Source: Vitrella brassicaformis CCMP3155 | Lineage: Eukaryota; Protista; Chromerida | Assembly (NCBI GenBank): GCA_001179505.1 | Contig: CDMY01000275.1 | Coordinates: 186,001 to 250,000 of the forward strand | Length of the DNA: 64,000 nt | Reading direction: 5' to 3' | Part shown: positions 12,002 through 24,050 of the stretch, in pieces | Layout of the letters: every line of letters begins with the position of its first letter | Numbering within the stretch: the stretch's first letter is position 1 | The notes under the pieces: model-generated | Database searches by the model: none | Seen by the model: only the letters and a program-made list of their open reading frames with translations | What the model was told of the DNA's origin: nothing | Program-made: the position numbers and the translations under genes

Positions 12002-13265
12002 TTACACGACCATGAGGCGGACGGGGCAAGTCTTGCTTACATGCTTGTCGCCCTTGGAGAACTTGAAGTGCACAGGCACCGACACTTCCTGCACACACAC
12101 ATACACACACACACACACACGTGGGTGCCATGGATCGACCACAGTAGTGGGCGTGTGGTGGGGGGTGTGGTGTGCGCCTTTTTGAGAGGTTTTGCTTCTG
12201 GGACGGATATGAGTATGAGGGACTGGGTGCCGATGTTCTTCTTGAGCGCCAGGCCCATGTTCTTCGTCTTGGGGCCGTACATCTTGTTGAACGACGCGGG
12301 CACGCTCACACCGACAGCCTTCCAGCCCCCACTGCCGCCCTCCACACGTGCAAAGGCCCTGAACACACAGAGAGAAACACCACACCACAGCACAGCACAG
12401 AGAGCCGTTGACACATCATACCCGCCATTGAGCACAGTAAGCAAGTCTTCCCTCCGGTGCTACGTACGTGATGGGCTTGCTTGTGTCCTCTCCGGGGCTG
12501 CCGTTGAGCTGTTGGTCCATGCACTTGACGCTGAACTCATCGCCTGTGGGTGCCGCCGTGGTGGTGTTTGTGGGCGGGGTCACACATGTCGCCTGGACGG
12601 GGCAGGTCCTCTCGAACGGCACCGGGTCGTCACCTGTGGCGAAGTTGACGTCGAAATTGATGAAGTACGTCACCTCAGCTGTCACAGGCTGTGAGCAGCC
12701 AAGCACACGCACAAGCAGACACCACACACACACACACACACGCACACGAGCAAGATGGCTGGGTGGCATGTCCTCTTGACTTTCATTGCGTTCGTGTGCG
12801 TCCGTACCTCGTCGACGATGGGTGACTCTTCGCATCTGAGCTGCAGCTCCTGTGTGTTGATGAGCCCGTCCAGACGGATACCCCGTTCGCCTCGTCGTCA
12901 AAAGGAGGGGAGACCGTCACGTTGGTCACCGCCTCGCCCAACAACTCCGGACCGCCCGGGAGCCCCTCGGCAAAAGTCAGGAACTCGCTGCGTGTCACCA
13001 CACACACAGAGCCGACAGACAGTGCAATGCAGTCAAGGCGAGAGATACGAAAGGCAGGAGCAGCCAGTGGTGCGCCTTACCTGAGAGGGAGGGTGGCGAC
13101 TTCACCCACGAACGCCCTGATTGGGGTGGCGAGGCACTCGGCCGTCTGCTTGGGCTGCTGGCGGTGGCTGCCCTTGCCCTTGCCCTTCTTGAGGGTCTCC
13201 TGCGGCTTGGCCGCCGCCACAGCTAGTGAAACCACCACGACAACCAAGACGAACCGCACCATCAT
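12002..13265 (-). CDS. Hypothetical secreted protein (signal peptide)
   Basis: Starts MMVRFVLVVVVVSLAVAAAKP. Several GT-AG exons follow, ending ...VSKTCPVRLMVV* at 12002. No domain was recognised. Confidence 0.7.
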
Positions 13266-13356
13266 GTGTAAGAAAGGAGAGGAAAACGACGGGAGAAACA
13301 GGCTGGGCGAGGGCAACAATCTCCGTCTTGCTTGCCGTCAAGATTAACGCCAGGTC

Positions 13357-13426
13357 GCCAGCCGTTTCAACCTGGCGTTCAACCAACGGTTCAACCTTGG
13401 AGGTTGCAACCGCCAGCCGTTCAACC
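13357..13426. repeat. Five degenerate GTT(N)CAACC units in a divergent intergenic region
   Basis: gccagccgtttcaacc, ggcgttcaacc, aacggttcaacc, ggttgcaacc and gccagccgttcaacc recur at 12-15 bp spacing. Confidence 0.75.
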
Positions 13427-13554
13427 CTTTCCTTTTAGGCCTCCACCCCCCCGGAAGACGCAAACTCAAACTCGTACAAGTCTCCCGACTTCGAAAGAGC
13501 GTTCCCCATCGCCTACAAAGAGCATTCCCCATCTCCACCCCCTAAAATTACAAC

Positions 13555-13569
13555 AACCCTAAACCCTAG
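13555..13569. promoter_or_regulatory. Telomere-like (CCCTAAA) / telo-box-like motif
   Basis: aaccctaaaccctag, with partial copies at 13540-13547 and 13586-13593, about 100 nt upstream of ATG 13665. Any function is inferred only. Confidence 0.35.
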
Positions 13570-13664
13570 ACACAAAACCCCCCCTCCTAAACCATTTCCC
13601 TTCAACGACAGCGATCCTCTGCAGCTTCCTGAAACCGTTGCGTTTACCCCGCCTGCGATAGAAG

Positions 13665-14482
13665 ATGCCTTTCTTTGTTCACCATCCCCGCACTCCGCAT
13701 CTGCGCAGGCGGAGATATGATAGGCAGCGGGACGCCCCCCACACGTATGGCAACACAGTTGAGTGCCTCAAGATGGTTCTGGTGTTCGCGTCAGGCATGC
13801 TCGCCGTGATAATGTTGATATCTGGAGGTGAGAGCACTCGCTGCATGCACACAGAACGCTCTGATCTGGTCCTTCCGTTCTTTTCCATGCAGGTCTCGTG
13901 TTCATGTCGCTGACACACGAGGGCAGAATCCAGCACATGGGCGGCCAACTGTCACGCCATGAAGCGGCCATCTCTCAGCTTGAGCAGTCACTGATGCAGA
14001 TGAGGCACGACCACAACGCGACGAAGACAGGCCTCGCGGACGTGCTGCGCCGCACGTTTCAGGAGCTGCAGACGACCAAGAATGAGGTCCGCGCCAGCAG
14101 GACGGCCCAGCAGGAGGACAAGGCCGCGATCGAGGGCATGCTGATGCAGATGGCCCAGAACAGCACCGGCCAAGACAAGAGGATCAGATACCTCGCTGAG
14201 TCTCTCCTCGACCTCACGAGAGCCCATGAACTGACAAGGCTGTGGGCACTGAGGGCGGGTGGAGCGACCGAGAGCTTGATGGATGACGTGGCGGCTCTTC
14301 GGGAGAACGTGTCCGATTTGGAGGCTATGCAGGAGCAGCTGCAGCTTCTGAAGGAGAAGGTGGACAGCTGGTGGCCGGGGTTCTGGGAGGCGCTGTTTGG
14401 AGGTGTCGAGATGATTCGGCTTGCGAAATGGCTGTCGTGCTTCTTTGCTGGAGGGGGCTGGTCCATCTGTACCATGCTGTGA
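13665..14482 (+). CDS. Hypothetical membrane-anchored coiled-coil protein
   Basis: Two exons with an intron at about 13829-13891. A hydrophobic helix (MVLVFASGMLAVIMLISGGLVFM) is followed by about 150 aa of heptad-like coiled coil and a hydrophobic C-terminus. Confidence 0.7.
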
Positions 14483-15025
14483 TGAGCTTTTCCCTGGTTG
14501 CATGATGGGTGGATGTACCATGCTTGTGCTATCCTCGGCTGCCCTGCGGCTGTCGTCTTGGGTGGCAGTGCTGTTGGTGAGGCAGTGTCTGCAAGTATGC
14601 CAGACACCGCCATTCCAACGGGGCCGGCATGCAGGATGGCAGGCGCAGGACAGGAAGGCGCTGAATCAGTGTGCGTGCGTGAGTGTCGGTATCGTCTGCG
14701 TATCGTATCGCCTTGAGCTCTGATGTTATGTGTGCGTGTGAGGGATTGGCCACGTTTTGGGTCACACACTCAGAGAGCTGAAGCGCGGGGCTTTGTACCA
14801 TATCACAGGAAGGCCTTGACTGACTGACTGACTGACTGATCGTATGCGTTTGCGCAGCCCAGACACACGAGTAGGTAGGGGGACGGTACTCCGTAGTTTG
14901 TGGACAGATCGACTGACACAACGACAGACATTCGACGCATCAAAAGCTTCAGTGTATGGCCAGTCTCACAAGCCACATACATACGTTCATCAACTTTTCC
15001 ACGCACATCGCAGAAATGCCCTTAC

Positions 15026-17231
15026 TCAGTCATCCCCGCTGTCGTTGTCTTCTTCCTCCCCCTCCTCGTCGCCTATCTCATCGTCACCGTCATCCTCGTC
15101 TCCCTCATCCACATCACCGTTCTCGTCCTCGTCAGAATCGCTCGCTTCCAGCGTGCCCTTGTCCTGTGCCGCCCTTGTGTTGGTCTTGGTTTCTTCATTC
15201 TCAGACTTGACAGCACGCAAGGGAGGCACGTAGGGGTCAGAGGAGAACAACGCCGCCGTCAGCTTCTGCTTTAGGTACACCTGACAGACAAGACGGACAG
15301 ACGGACGGACGGATGGACGGAGACAGTGGGTGGGGCGTGTCTTTCTTTTGTGTATGGTTGTAGTACCTTGGTCATGAGTTTTCGTGACTGGTTGTGGAAG
15401 ATGTATGCGTGCCGGCCCAGACCGACAGCAAGCACATACTCACCGCTCTCGTGGCAGCACATCGCTGGAAGGAAGAAGCAACACACACACACATACACAC
15501 ATCAAGATGAACAGCCAGCCAAACACATCCCCCTCAGTCTCGCTTACGACCTCACCCTTGATGCCTCCCATGACGCCCGCATAGCCCCCAACCATGTCGG
15601 CGCTGTATGCCACACTGGCCGCCGGAGCCTCCCCCTGCTGCTTCTTCCGCTTGCCTGCCTTGATCTCCCTCCTGGCTGTGACCCGATACTTCAGCAGTGC
15701 ACCCACCGTATTGCCCACAAGGATGACGGCACTCGTGGCAGAGTTGTCGGCTGGTGCGGGCGTTTCCTCACGAGCGGCGTCTTGTTCTTCCGCTTTTCGG
15801 CACGACGGCGGGACGGCAGAGGCGTAGAGGGTTGTGTTGGCCCGCATCGCGTCAGCGGCTGGATCCTCCTGTGGCTGTTTGTTGCTGCCATCCTGTGGTA
15901 GGTCCTCATCGTCATCGATGACATACTCCGTTATCTCGTCATCTGCCACACCACCCGCGGCACCCGTCTTGCGCCTCTTGGCCGGCCGCGCCACCTCTGT
16001 CTCCTCCTTGACCACACGATGACTGACATCACTCCAGCCCGCTGAGATGGACCGAAACACCGGCTGGACGGCCACACACACGACCGGCTGCTCGCTCACG
16101 CCCACATCAACCAGGGGCCGCCGCTGCTGAGAGATGTCGTAGATGCGCAGCCGGCCAGAGAGGGAGGCGGTGGCGATGACGTGGGACGTCGGTCTGCCCA
16201 GCGACAGGTGGCTGAGAAAGGCCACGGCAGTCACATTGACGGGCACCCGCAGGTCTAGCTCGTCGTTCTTGACGTTCTTGGCGGCCCATTCCATCTCACA
16301 CGTCCGCAGATCGGCCACCTTGACGTCATTGTCTGCACCGCCGAAAGCAACACGAGAGGGGCAGAGGGGATCTGACACCACGGCTGCGATGGGCCCCGGA
16401 AGCCGACAGGACATGATCACAAAGGGAGGCGGCCGGCCGTCTTGCTCGCCGCCAGAAGCCTCAGCCTCCTCCTGCTGCTCTCCCTCATCATCCGGCTCCT
16501 CCTGCTTGACCGTCACGCCCTCGCCATCATCACTGTCATGGCCGCTGTGCAGAGCTGCATGCCACTCGCAGGGGATTGACGCCGTCCTGGCCTTGATGGT
16601 CTTCTTGGTCTCCATGGCGGCCTTGCTGGCCACGCCAGGGAAGACCCACGTGTGAGAGCTGTCGAATGTGCCCCTCCAGCGGATGATGGCACACTCGCCC
16701 GCCGTCGTGCACACCAGCAGGTGACGGGGAGAGGCTGAACGGACAGAAGGTGCAGACAGAGATAGGGCATCCCTCCATCATGCTGGGTGACCGAAATGAA
16801 TGGTTGCTCACCATAGCGACTTCTTATCTGGTCGATGCTTCGCTTTGCGGGAGGGGCGTCGAGCCAGCCGACGTGGAGGACAGCCGATGGGAACAGACAT
16901 CGCCGCGTGCGGACCCCCTCAGCGGTGAAGCTCTCCACTCTGCCGTCCTGCCGCCCAATCGTCACCTCAGACTCATCCCACCCGCTGATGCCAGCAGGAC
17001 ACACAGAGAGAATCAATCAACTGGTGGCCATGAGGCATTCTTCAGCACGTGTTGGTGCTGCGGCATGCACGCACTGCACACTCACCTGCGTCCTCCCGTC
17101 CAGGCGACGCATCGAACAGCGAGGGAGCGGTCCTGCTTTCCGCCGCCCTGTTGAGCAGACACCGTCGGCTTCTCTCCATCGACGCAGACGCACTTCCACA
17201 GCCCACACTGATCACCACTCACGAAACGCAT
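15026..17231 (-). CDS. WDR74: WDR74/Nsa1 WD40 60S ribosome biogenesis factor
   Basis: N-terminus MRFVSGDQCGLWK (family M...GDETGL.K). Also WAAKNVKNDELDLRVPVNVTAVAFL, GRLRIYDISQQRRPLV, VGNTVG, GGYAGVMGGI and VYLKQKLTAALF, plus an acidic tail. Confidence 0.92.
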
Positions 17232-17430
17232 GTTGGCGAGATCTCTTTTTTCGGCGAAGCTCGCAAACGGCGTGCGAGCTCAAACGACAGGCTTGAGTCA
17301 GAGGCACTGGGTGTGAAGGCAGGAGGGATTGGCGTAGGATCTCGTGGTGTCCTGGCCACTGGGCTGAGACAAAAATCGACTCGCGACTGAGTCTGTGACA
17401 ATCCCATATATTGGGAGAGAGGCAGCGAGG

Positions 17431-19943
17431 ATGTTCTTCGGCGGGTTTCCGTTCGGCGGCTTCGAGGATGGGCCGCATCCGGGAATGCCGGGAATGAGAC
17501 GAGAGAAGAAGGGTCACTCACTCACTCACGCACTCACACACATGCACGCGCTTCGTTGGCATGAGGGAGGGATGGCTGACCTGACTGTCCGTCCCTCTGT
17601 GTGTGTGTGTCCTTCAGAGGTTGATAACAAGCGGTTCTACGAGGTGCTGGGCGTCAGCCAGAATGACGACCTCAACACTATCAAGAAGGCCTACCGGAAA
17701 CTCGGTAAGCGCATCGCGATTCATCGCACTCACTCACTCACTGAGAGGGCGTTGATTGCAACATCGGTCGCGGGTTGTGGCATCTTTGTTGTGTGTGGCA
17801 TTCACTTGTGCAGCGATGAAGCATCATCCCGACAAGGGAGGCGACCCTGAGTTGTTCAAAGAAATCGGTCGCGCCTACGAGGTGCTGAGCGATCCCGAGA
17901 AGCGGAGGACATACGACGAAGTCGGCGAGGAGGGGCTCGAGGTACGTACACATTGACGCTACGGCAACCAGCATGCACATCCAGAGTCCCATGCTGTGAT
18001 CGATCATCGATCACTGGTATCCTCTATCTACCTTCCTTGTATGCATGGTCCACCAGGGCAGCGGTGGTGGATCTGACCCGACCGACATCTTCGATTTGTT
18101 TTTCGGTGGCGGTGGTGGGCGGCGGGGAGGGGGCGGCGGCAGGCGGAAAGGGGAGGACGTCGTGCACCCACTCAAGGTAGCTACCCACACAGGGTCAGGG
18201 AGGGAGGGAGGGGAATAAATGAAGCACTGAGAATCGATGATGGACGGGCACATGGGATCGGTGTGTCTGCTTGTCAGGTGACCTTGTCTGACCTGTACAA
18301 CGGCAAGACGCGCAAGTTGGCCATCAACCGAGACATCATTTGCCCTGACTGCGATGGCGTCGGCGGACCAGAGGTACCGTAGCACACACATGGATGGATC
18401 AAGACACACAAGGATCCTCCGCGTGCGTGCGTGTGTGTGTGTGTGTGTGTGTTCAGTCTGCGATGGAGACCTGCTCTGCCTGCAAGGGCAGAGGCATCAG
18501 AGTCACCATCAGACAGGTGAGGTGCGCACAGACAGAAAGACAGACAGACAGACAGGAGTGAATGGCTGGCTGGCTGGCTGGCTGCCAGTGTCTCACTCAC
18601 CTCTGTTGCCGTGTGTGTGTATGCCTGTCTGTCGATGGCTGGCTGGATACACTCAGATGGGTCCGATGATTCAGCAGATGCAGTCTCCCTGCACCGAGTG
18701 CCGGGGGCAGGGCAAGTACATCCCGCAACACAAACAGTGCAAGAGATGCGGAGGGGTACGCCTGCCTTGCCTTGCCTTGCTGGCCTCACGCCCGCCCACG
18801 ACTGATACCATAATGCATGGCATGGACACAGACAGATGACATACATGCTTTTGTGTGCATGGTTTGCTGCAGGATGGCACGATCAAGGAGCGGAAGGTGC
18901 TGGAGGTGTTTGTTGAGAAAGGGGCGCCAGACAACAAAAAGATCATTTTCAGGTGAGTAGGGACGCACAGACACACACAGGTCTCTGCATTGCAATGCAT
19001 TCACGTGTGTGTGTGTGTAGGGGCGAGGCCGACGAGAGGCCGGGTCAGCTCCCCGGCGATGTCATCTTCGTCATCCAACAGCAAGAACACCCGGTGCGTG
19101 GCGTGGCGTGCAGGGAACTCGAACACACACTGACCTGCATCCAGGGACGGGACGTGTGTGTCTGTGTGTGTTTGTGTGTATAGGTGTTCACCCGCAAGAA
19201 GTCCCACCTGCTGATGAAGAAGAAGATCACTTTGTTGGAGGCTCTCACAGGATTCTCATTCGAGCTCGTACACCTCGACAACCGGTAGGTACATCCATAT
19301 CCCATGCATGGTTCTCCCTCTCTCTCCATGCATTGATATGCATGCCTGTGTGGCGTGCCCGACCCTTCCCTTCTGTGTGTGTGCAGCAAGTTGATCATCA
19401 AGAGCAACCCCAATGAGGTGATCAAGCCCGGCGAGATGAAGGCGATCGCCAACGAGGGCATGCCCTCGGTCAAGAACCCCTTCATCAGGGGCTACCTCTT
19501 CATCTCGTTCGATGTCGAGTTCCCCGACGCACTCGACGACAAGACCTGCAACGCACTCAAGAAGCTGCTCCCCTCACCCCGCAAGATGGACATGGACATC
19601 GACGACCAACTCGACGCTGAAGTCCACTACGTCGAGGTACTATACTACGTCCACACGCACTCACCCATGGGCACGAAGAGTTAGGTTGTGACATGTGTTT
19701 GCCCTTGGGGTGTGGCCAGACGGTCGACCCCGAGCGTTTGAAGGAGGATGCGGCCAGGTCGGGGGAGGCCTACGAGGAGGACGAAGATGAGGGAATGGGT
19801 ACGCACGCAAACACACACACACACACACCCCGACCGACTCACCGAGATGGTTTGTCTTGTCTCGTTTCTCTCTCTCTCTCTCTCTCTCTCCGTGTGTGTG
19901 TGTGTGTTCAGGTGGCCCCCGCGTGCAGTGCAGACAGCAGTGA
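17431..19943 (+). CDS. DNAJA: Type I Hsp40 (DNAJA/Ydj1-like), farnesylated
   Basis: About 12 GT-AG introns. J-domain with HPD, a G/F region, four CxxCxGxG repeats ([32 protein letters not shown]) and a C-terminal CaaX VQCRQQ*. Confidence 0.98.
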
Positions 19944-21319
19944 GGCGCGGAGCCTGCCGTCGATGAATGAAGGGACGAATGCAATGCAATGCGTGCAATG
20001 CATGGTGGTGGGACTCACTCACTGTGAGTGTGCGTGTGTGCATGCGATGCCGTCGGACAGACTGTATGTATGGACACACCGGTACACTCATATTATCCTA
20101 GATAACATAACATCTGTGTCTGTCGGTGCTGGCTGAGTGGATGGCTGGATGGATGGATGGACTGTTCGTTCGTTCGTTCATTCGTTGATTCGTTTGTTTG
20201 TTTGGGGTTCCTTTCGTATCTGTCTGTGCGTTGTAAATGTGTGCATTGCATTGGCCCGTTGGTTGGTTCATTGACGTGAGCGTCCTGACTTGACGATCAC
20301 TTGACAGTGGTCGTGGCGTGGTGTCGTGTGTGTTATACAAGTACTGACTGAATATATTGGATGGATGGATTGGACACACACATCATCATGATCTCACTCA
20401 CAGTCACCTCACTCACCCCCACACTTGGCCATCCATCGCCTCTGTCTTTTTTCCTTCAACCAACCATGCCCACCTGCCTGTCACCTGGCCTGACTTGCCT
20501 GACTTGTCTGCCTGGGGTTTTGCACGCACTGTCTGCCGGTGGTTTCTCATCACCTGCCTGATACTGTTGCCCCTGCCTGTCTACCTGCCGGCTGATCCGT
20601 GTGTGGGCATATCGAGCTACCAAGCGAGACTCGTGCCCATCCACTCACTCTTGTGTCGCTGGCTGGCTCACTCAGTGGTGGACTGCCTACCTGTCTGTCT
20701 GCCTGCCTGCCCCCCTTGTGTGTGTGTGGTCTGTGTGGGTGTCTGTGGGTCTTTCTGATGTGTGTGTGTGTGTGTGTGTGACACTGGCTAAGCCGACGGG
20801 CTGAATTTTGATGACATGACACCACAGCCACAGTCAGTCTCCCCTCAATCATTCTATCTGATTCTGGTTGGCGGCCAACGACCGGCGCAAAGCAATTAAT
20901 TTGTAAAACTCTTGAGGGACCAGCACCACCAGCAGCGGCCCATTCATCGATTCATTCCTTCGTGCGGGCAGGCAGGCGTTCACTGACATGTACACACCAT
21001 GCAGACAGACACGGCTGGAGGTCTTCCATGGCTGGTGGCCAGCTGTGGGCGGGACCAACCAGGCGTCAACAGACGAAGCATCCATCGTGATCCGTCCGCT
21101 TGTCTGTCTGTCTGTCTATCTGTGCTTTTTTAGTGTCAGTCTGCTTGCGGTCACTCTCAGACTCTGTCTGTCTGTCTGTCTGCTATATCCAATTGGCTAT
21201 ATCCGCCATCCAGCTAAGCCATCACTCACCAACCTGGCGGCACAGACAGAGCAGACAGAGGAAAGCTACCAGTGCCCTCCCCTCCCTCCCTCCCTCCCTG
21301 CCTGCCTCCCTCACCTCGA

Positions 21320-23965
21320 TCACTGCATGTCATCGGTGTTGTCAGGGTTGCTGTTGCTATTGTTGTCGGCAGCTGTTGGCCCTCCAGCAGCAGCAGCAGC
21401 ACTGCACACACAGAGTGAGAGGCACGAGAGCGGTGCGACTCCTCTCTTGAATGCATGTGCCCACCTGGGTGCGGCCATCTCATTCATCTCATCGTCCATG
21501 TCGTCGTCCATCTCATCGTCCCTGCACACAGGCAAAGGCACCATACATGTACACAGAGGGAGACACAAGAACGGTGTGTCTGTCTTGTCTCTGGCGTGTT
21601 GACGTGTGTACCTGTGTGTCCTCTGCCTGCGCATGCCAGCGATGAAAGTGAGGAACTCGCTGAAGCCAGGGCAAAAGGGCAGGCAGCCTTCCAATGAACG
21701 TCGATAATTGTTCACCCACTCAACCGCCCACCTCATTTCTCTCTCGTCCCGTCGTCTTTGCACTATACGCCCGATGTGCTGGTTCATCTCTCGGCAGTTT
21801 CTCTCCTCCGCTTCGTCCCGCTCCTCCCGCCGCTGGTCGCCCCCCTCCCCCTCGTCGCTGCTGTCCTCATCGGCGAATCGGCGTCGGTCGACAAACGTCG
21901 CCTCGTACTCACACTGGGTGTCGCCACTGATAGAGAAAAGGTCGCACGAGAGATGGCAGAGGGGTCGGATTGTTTGCGTGGGTTGCGTCCGTGCCTGATG
22001 ATGCTGTCTTCGCCCCACGAGGACACGAGCGAGTCCCAATCTGAGAACTGGGGGAGGCCACCATCCTGCACGCCACGCCACACACCACACACGACAAACA
22101 TGTGTCCACAGAGGGATGCAGAGAGGGATCTGGCGGGCGGGCTGACCTCATCTTGCTCGTGTTCGGAGTTCATGTCGATATCGTTACCGTCATCATCGAG
22201 ACCACCACCACCCTCGTCAGCCTCGCCGTCCACACCGTCATGCTCTTCTCCCTCCACACTGTACTGCTCCCCCTCCCCGCCCTCATCGTCAGCACACTCA
22301 CCACCATCCACACCCTTATCCTCCACACACACGCCCAGCTCGCTATCACCCCCCTCGTCAGGACCCACTCCCTCTTGCTCCCCTCCCTCCCTGTCGCCCA
22401 CCGGCCCCTCCTGCTCCTCGGTATCTCCTCCTGGCTGTGGCTCGTCGCTGATGTGAGCGGCCAGGTCGTCATCTTGGTTGTCGTGTGTGTCGTGTGTGTC
22501 ATGTGTGTCTTGGGGTGGGGGAGGGGGAGGGGGAGGGGCGGGGGCAGGGGCGGGATTGGGATTGGGATTGGGATTGAGCTGTTGCTGGCCGGGGAGGCCC
22601 AGCAGCCCCACCGCCGGCAGCGGTGTGGGAGTGAAGTACTCGTACTCGAAGAAACTCAGGAAGGGTCTGGCAAACTCAGTCACCGACGTACCCACACAAC
22701 GGCGGGCCACGATGCGGGGGTTCTGCACAGGCACGCAGGCATTGATGGGAGAGACCGTGGGCTCTCATCTGTCTGCATCCTTACGTTGGATGTGTCGCCC
22801 CGCTGTGCGCATCGGACCTTCCATGTGGCGCGTCGGTTGTTGCGCAGCTCGAGGCGGTACACTCGGGATGTGGTACCCGCTCGAGGCATCAGGAACGTGC
22901 AGTTGAGGTGGTGGTGCAGATACGTCAGCTGGGCAAACGTCGCCGGGTGACTCTGAACACACACACACGCACACACACACACGCACACACACACGCACAC
23001 ACACACACGCACGCACACACACGCACGCACACACACGCACGCACACACACGCACGCACGCACACACACGCACGCACACACACACGCACACACAGAGAGAG
23101 GGAGAGAGCGAAAGCGATGACGCAGGGCGCTTGTGTCCCCTACCCCCCCACCCCCACCTACCTTGTATGCCTTGGCGCTTGTGCTTGGGTGCCACTTGCC
23201 ACGGCCCTCACCCGCCTTGACCACCACCACCACCGGCAGACTGACGCCGTCCTGGGGGTCTGCAGCCGCGCGGGTCATGACGGGTCGCCAGGCCTCCCAG
23301 TCGCCGCCCTCCTCGCCCACCCACAACGTCGCCAACACACGACGAACCTTACGCTGATGACGCCACACAACGCAACGCAACACAACACACAGTGAGCAGT
23401 GGATTGTGGCTGTGTGGCTGCCTGAATGTGGTGACCGACCTTGGTTGAGAATTTGGGATCCTCAGCGACGGGGAAGGGGCCGAGGGGGTTGGGCTGAGGA
23501 CCGGCAGGGCGATCTTCGTACCAACCCTCCTCGGCGGAACGAATGGTGCCTGAAGATCAACGCACGCAAACACAGCAGGGGAATGGATGGGCCAAGATGT
23601 GTTGTGTCCCTTGCCTGCATTCTGCCTACCGGGCATTTCGGGCTTGAAGATGACCAAGTTGCGGGCGCTGTGAGTGGCGTTGAAGTGCTCGAGTCGCTGC
23701 AGCATGTACGTGAGCCCCAGACCGGCGCGGACGGCTTTGTTGAGTCGGCGCACACGAACCAACTCGCCGACGGTCATCTGGTCAGCCAACGCCCAGAGTG
23801 CGTCACCGGGAAGCGAACCGACGTCAAACATCTGGCAGATCAGCCATACAAACGACGCTTGATGCGGCTCATCGCTCGCGGCTGGTCATCTCTCTCTGCC
23901 GCCTCCGAGCTTACCTTGTGCGATGACTTAAAAACGGGGGAAGATTCGGACGCTGCGGCGCTCAT
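21320..23965 (-). CDS. Hypothetical protein with an F-box-like N-terminus and a long acidic low-complexity region
   Basis: Exon 1 (23965-23915, [17 protein letters not shown]) splices in phase to [32 protein letters not shown], an F-box-like LP.D...pattern. Later exons are D/E-rich; stop at 21320. Confidence 0.65.
22956..23092. repeat. Compound (CA)n/(CACG)n microsatellite in an intron
   Basis: About 135 bp of acac/gcac units next to the 3' splice site of a minus-strand intron; the sense strand is (TG/CG)n. Confidence 0.95.
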
Positions 23966-24050
23966 CCTGGCAAGCCGCTCTCCTGCGTCGACTGTACGGT
24001 GGCGCCAAAATTCTGGGGACTGATCGCCTTTCCCTTCTGCCCCACCCGAG

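Noticed and set aside
13357-13426. CRISPR-like or tandem array
   Set aside because: The units are 10-16 bp with no unique spacers, there are no cas genes, and the genome is eukaryotic.
20357-21300. Several ORFs of 60-200 aa between DnaJ and the F-box-like gene
   Set aside because: They are dominated by microsatellite-derived C/V/L/S translations and sit between two convergent stop codons, so they are most likely 3' UTRs. A possible 3'-UTR intron follows 21313.
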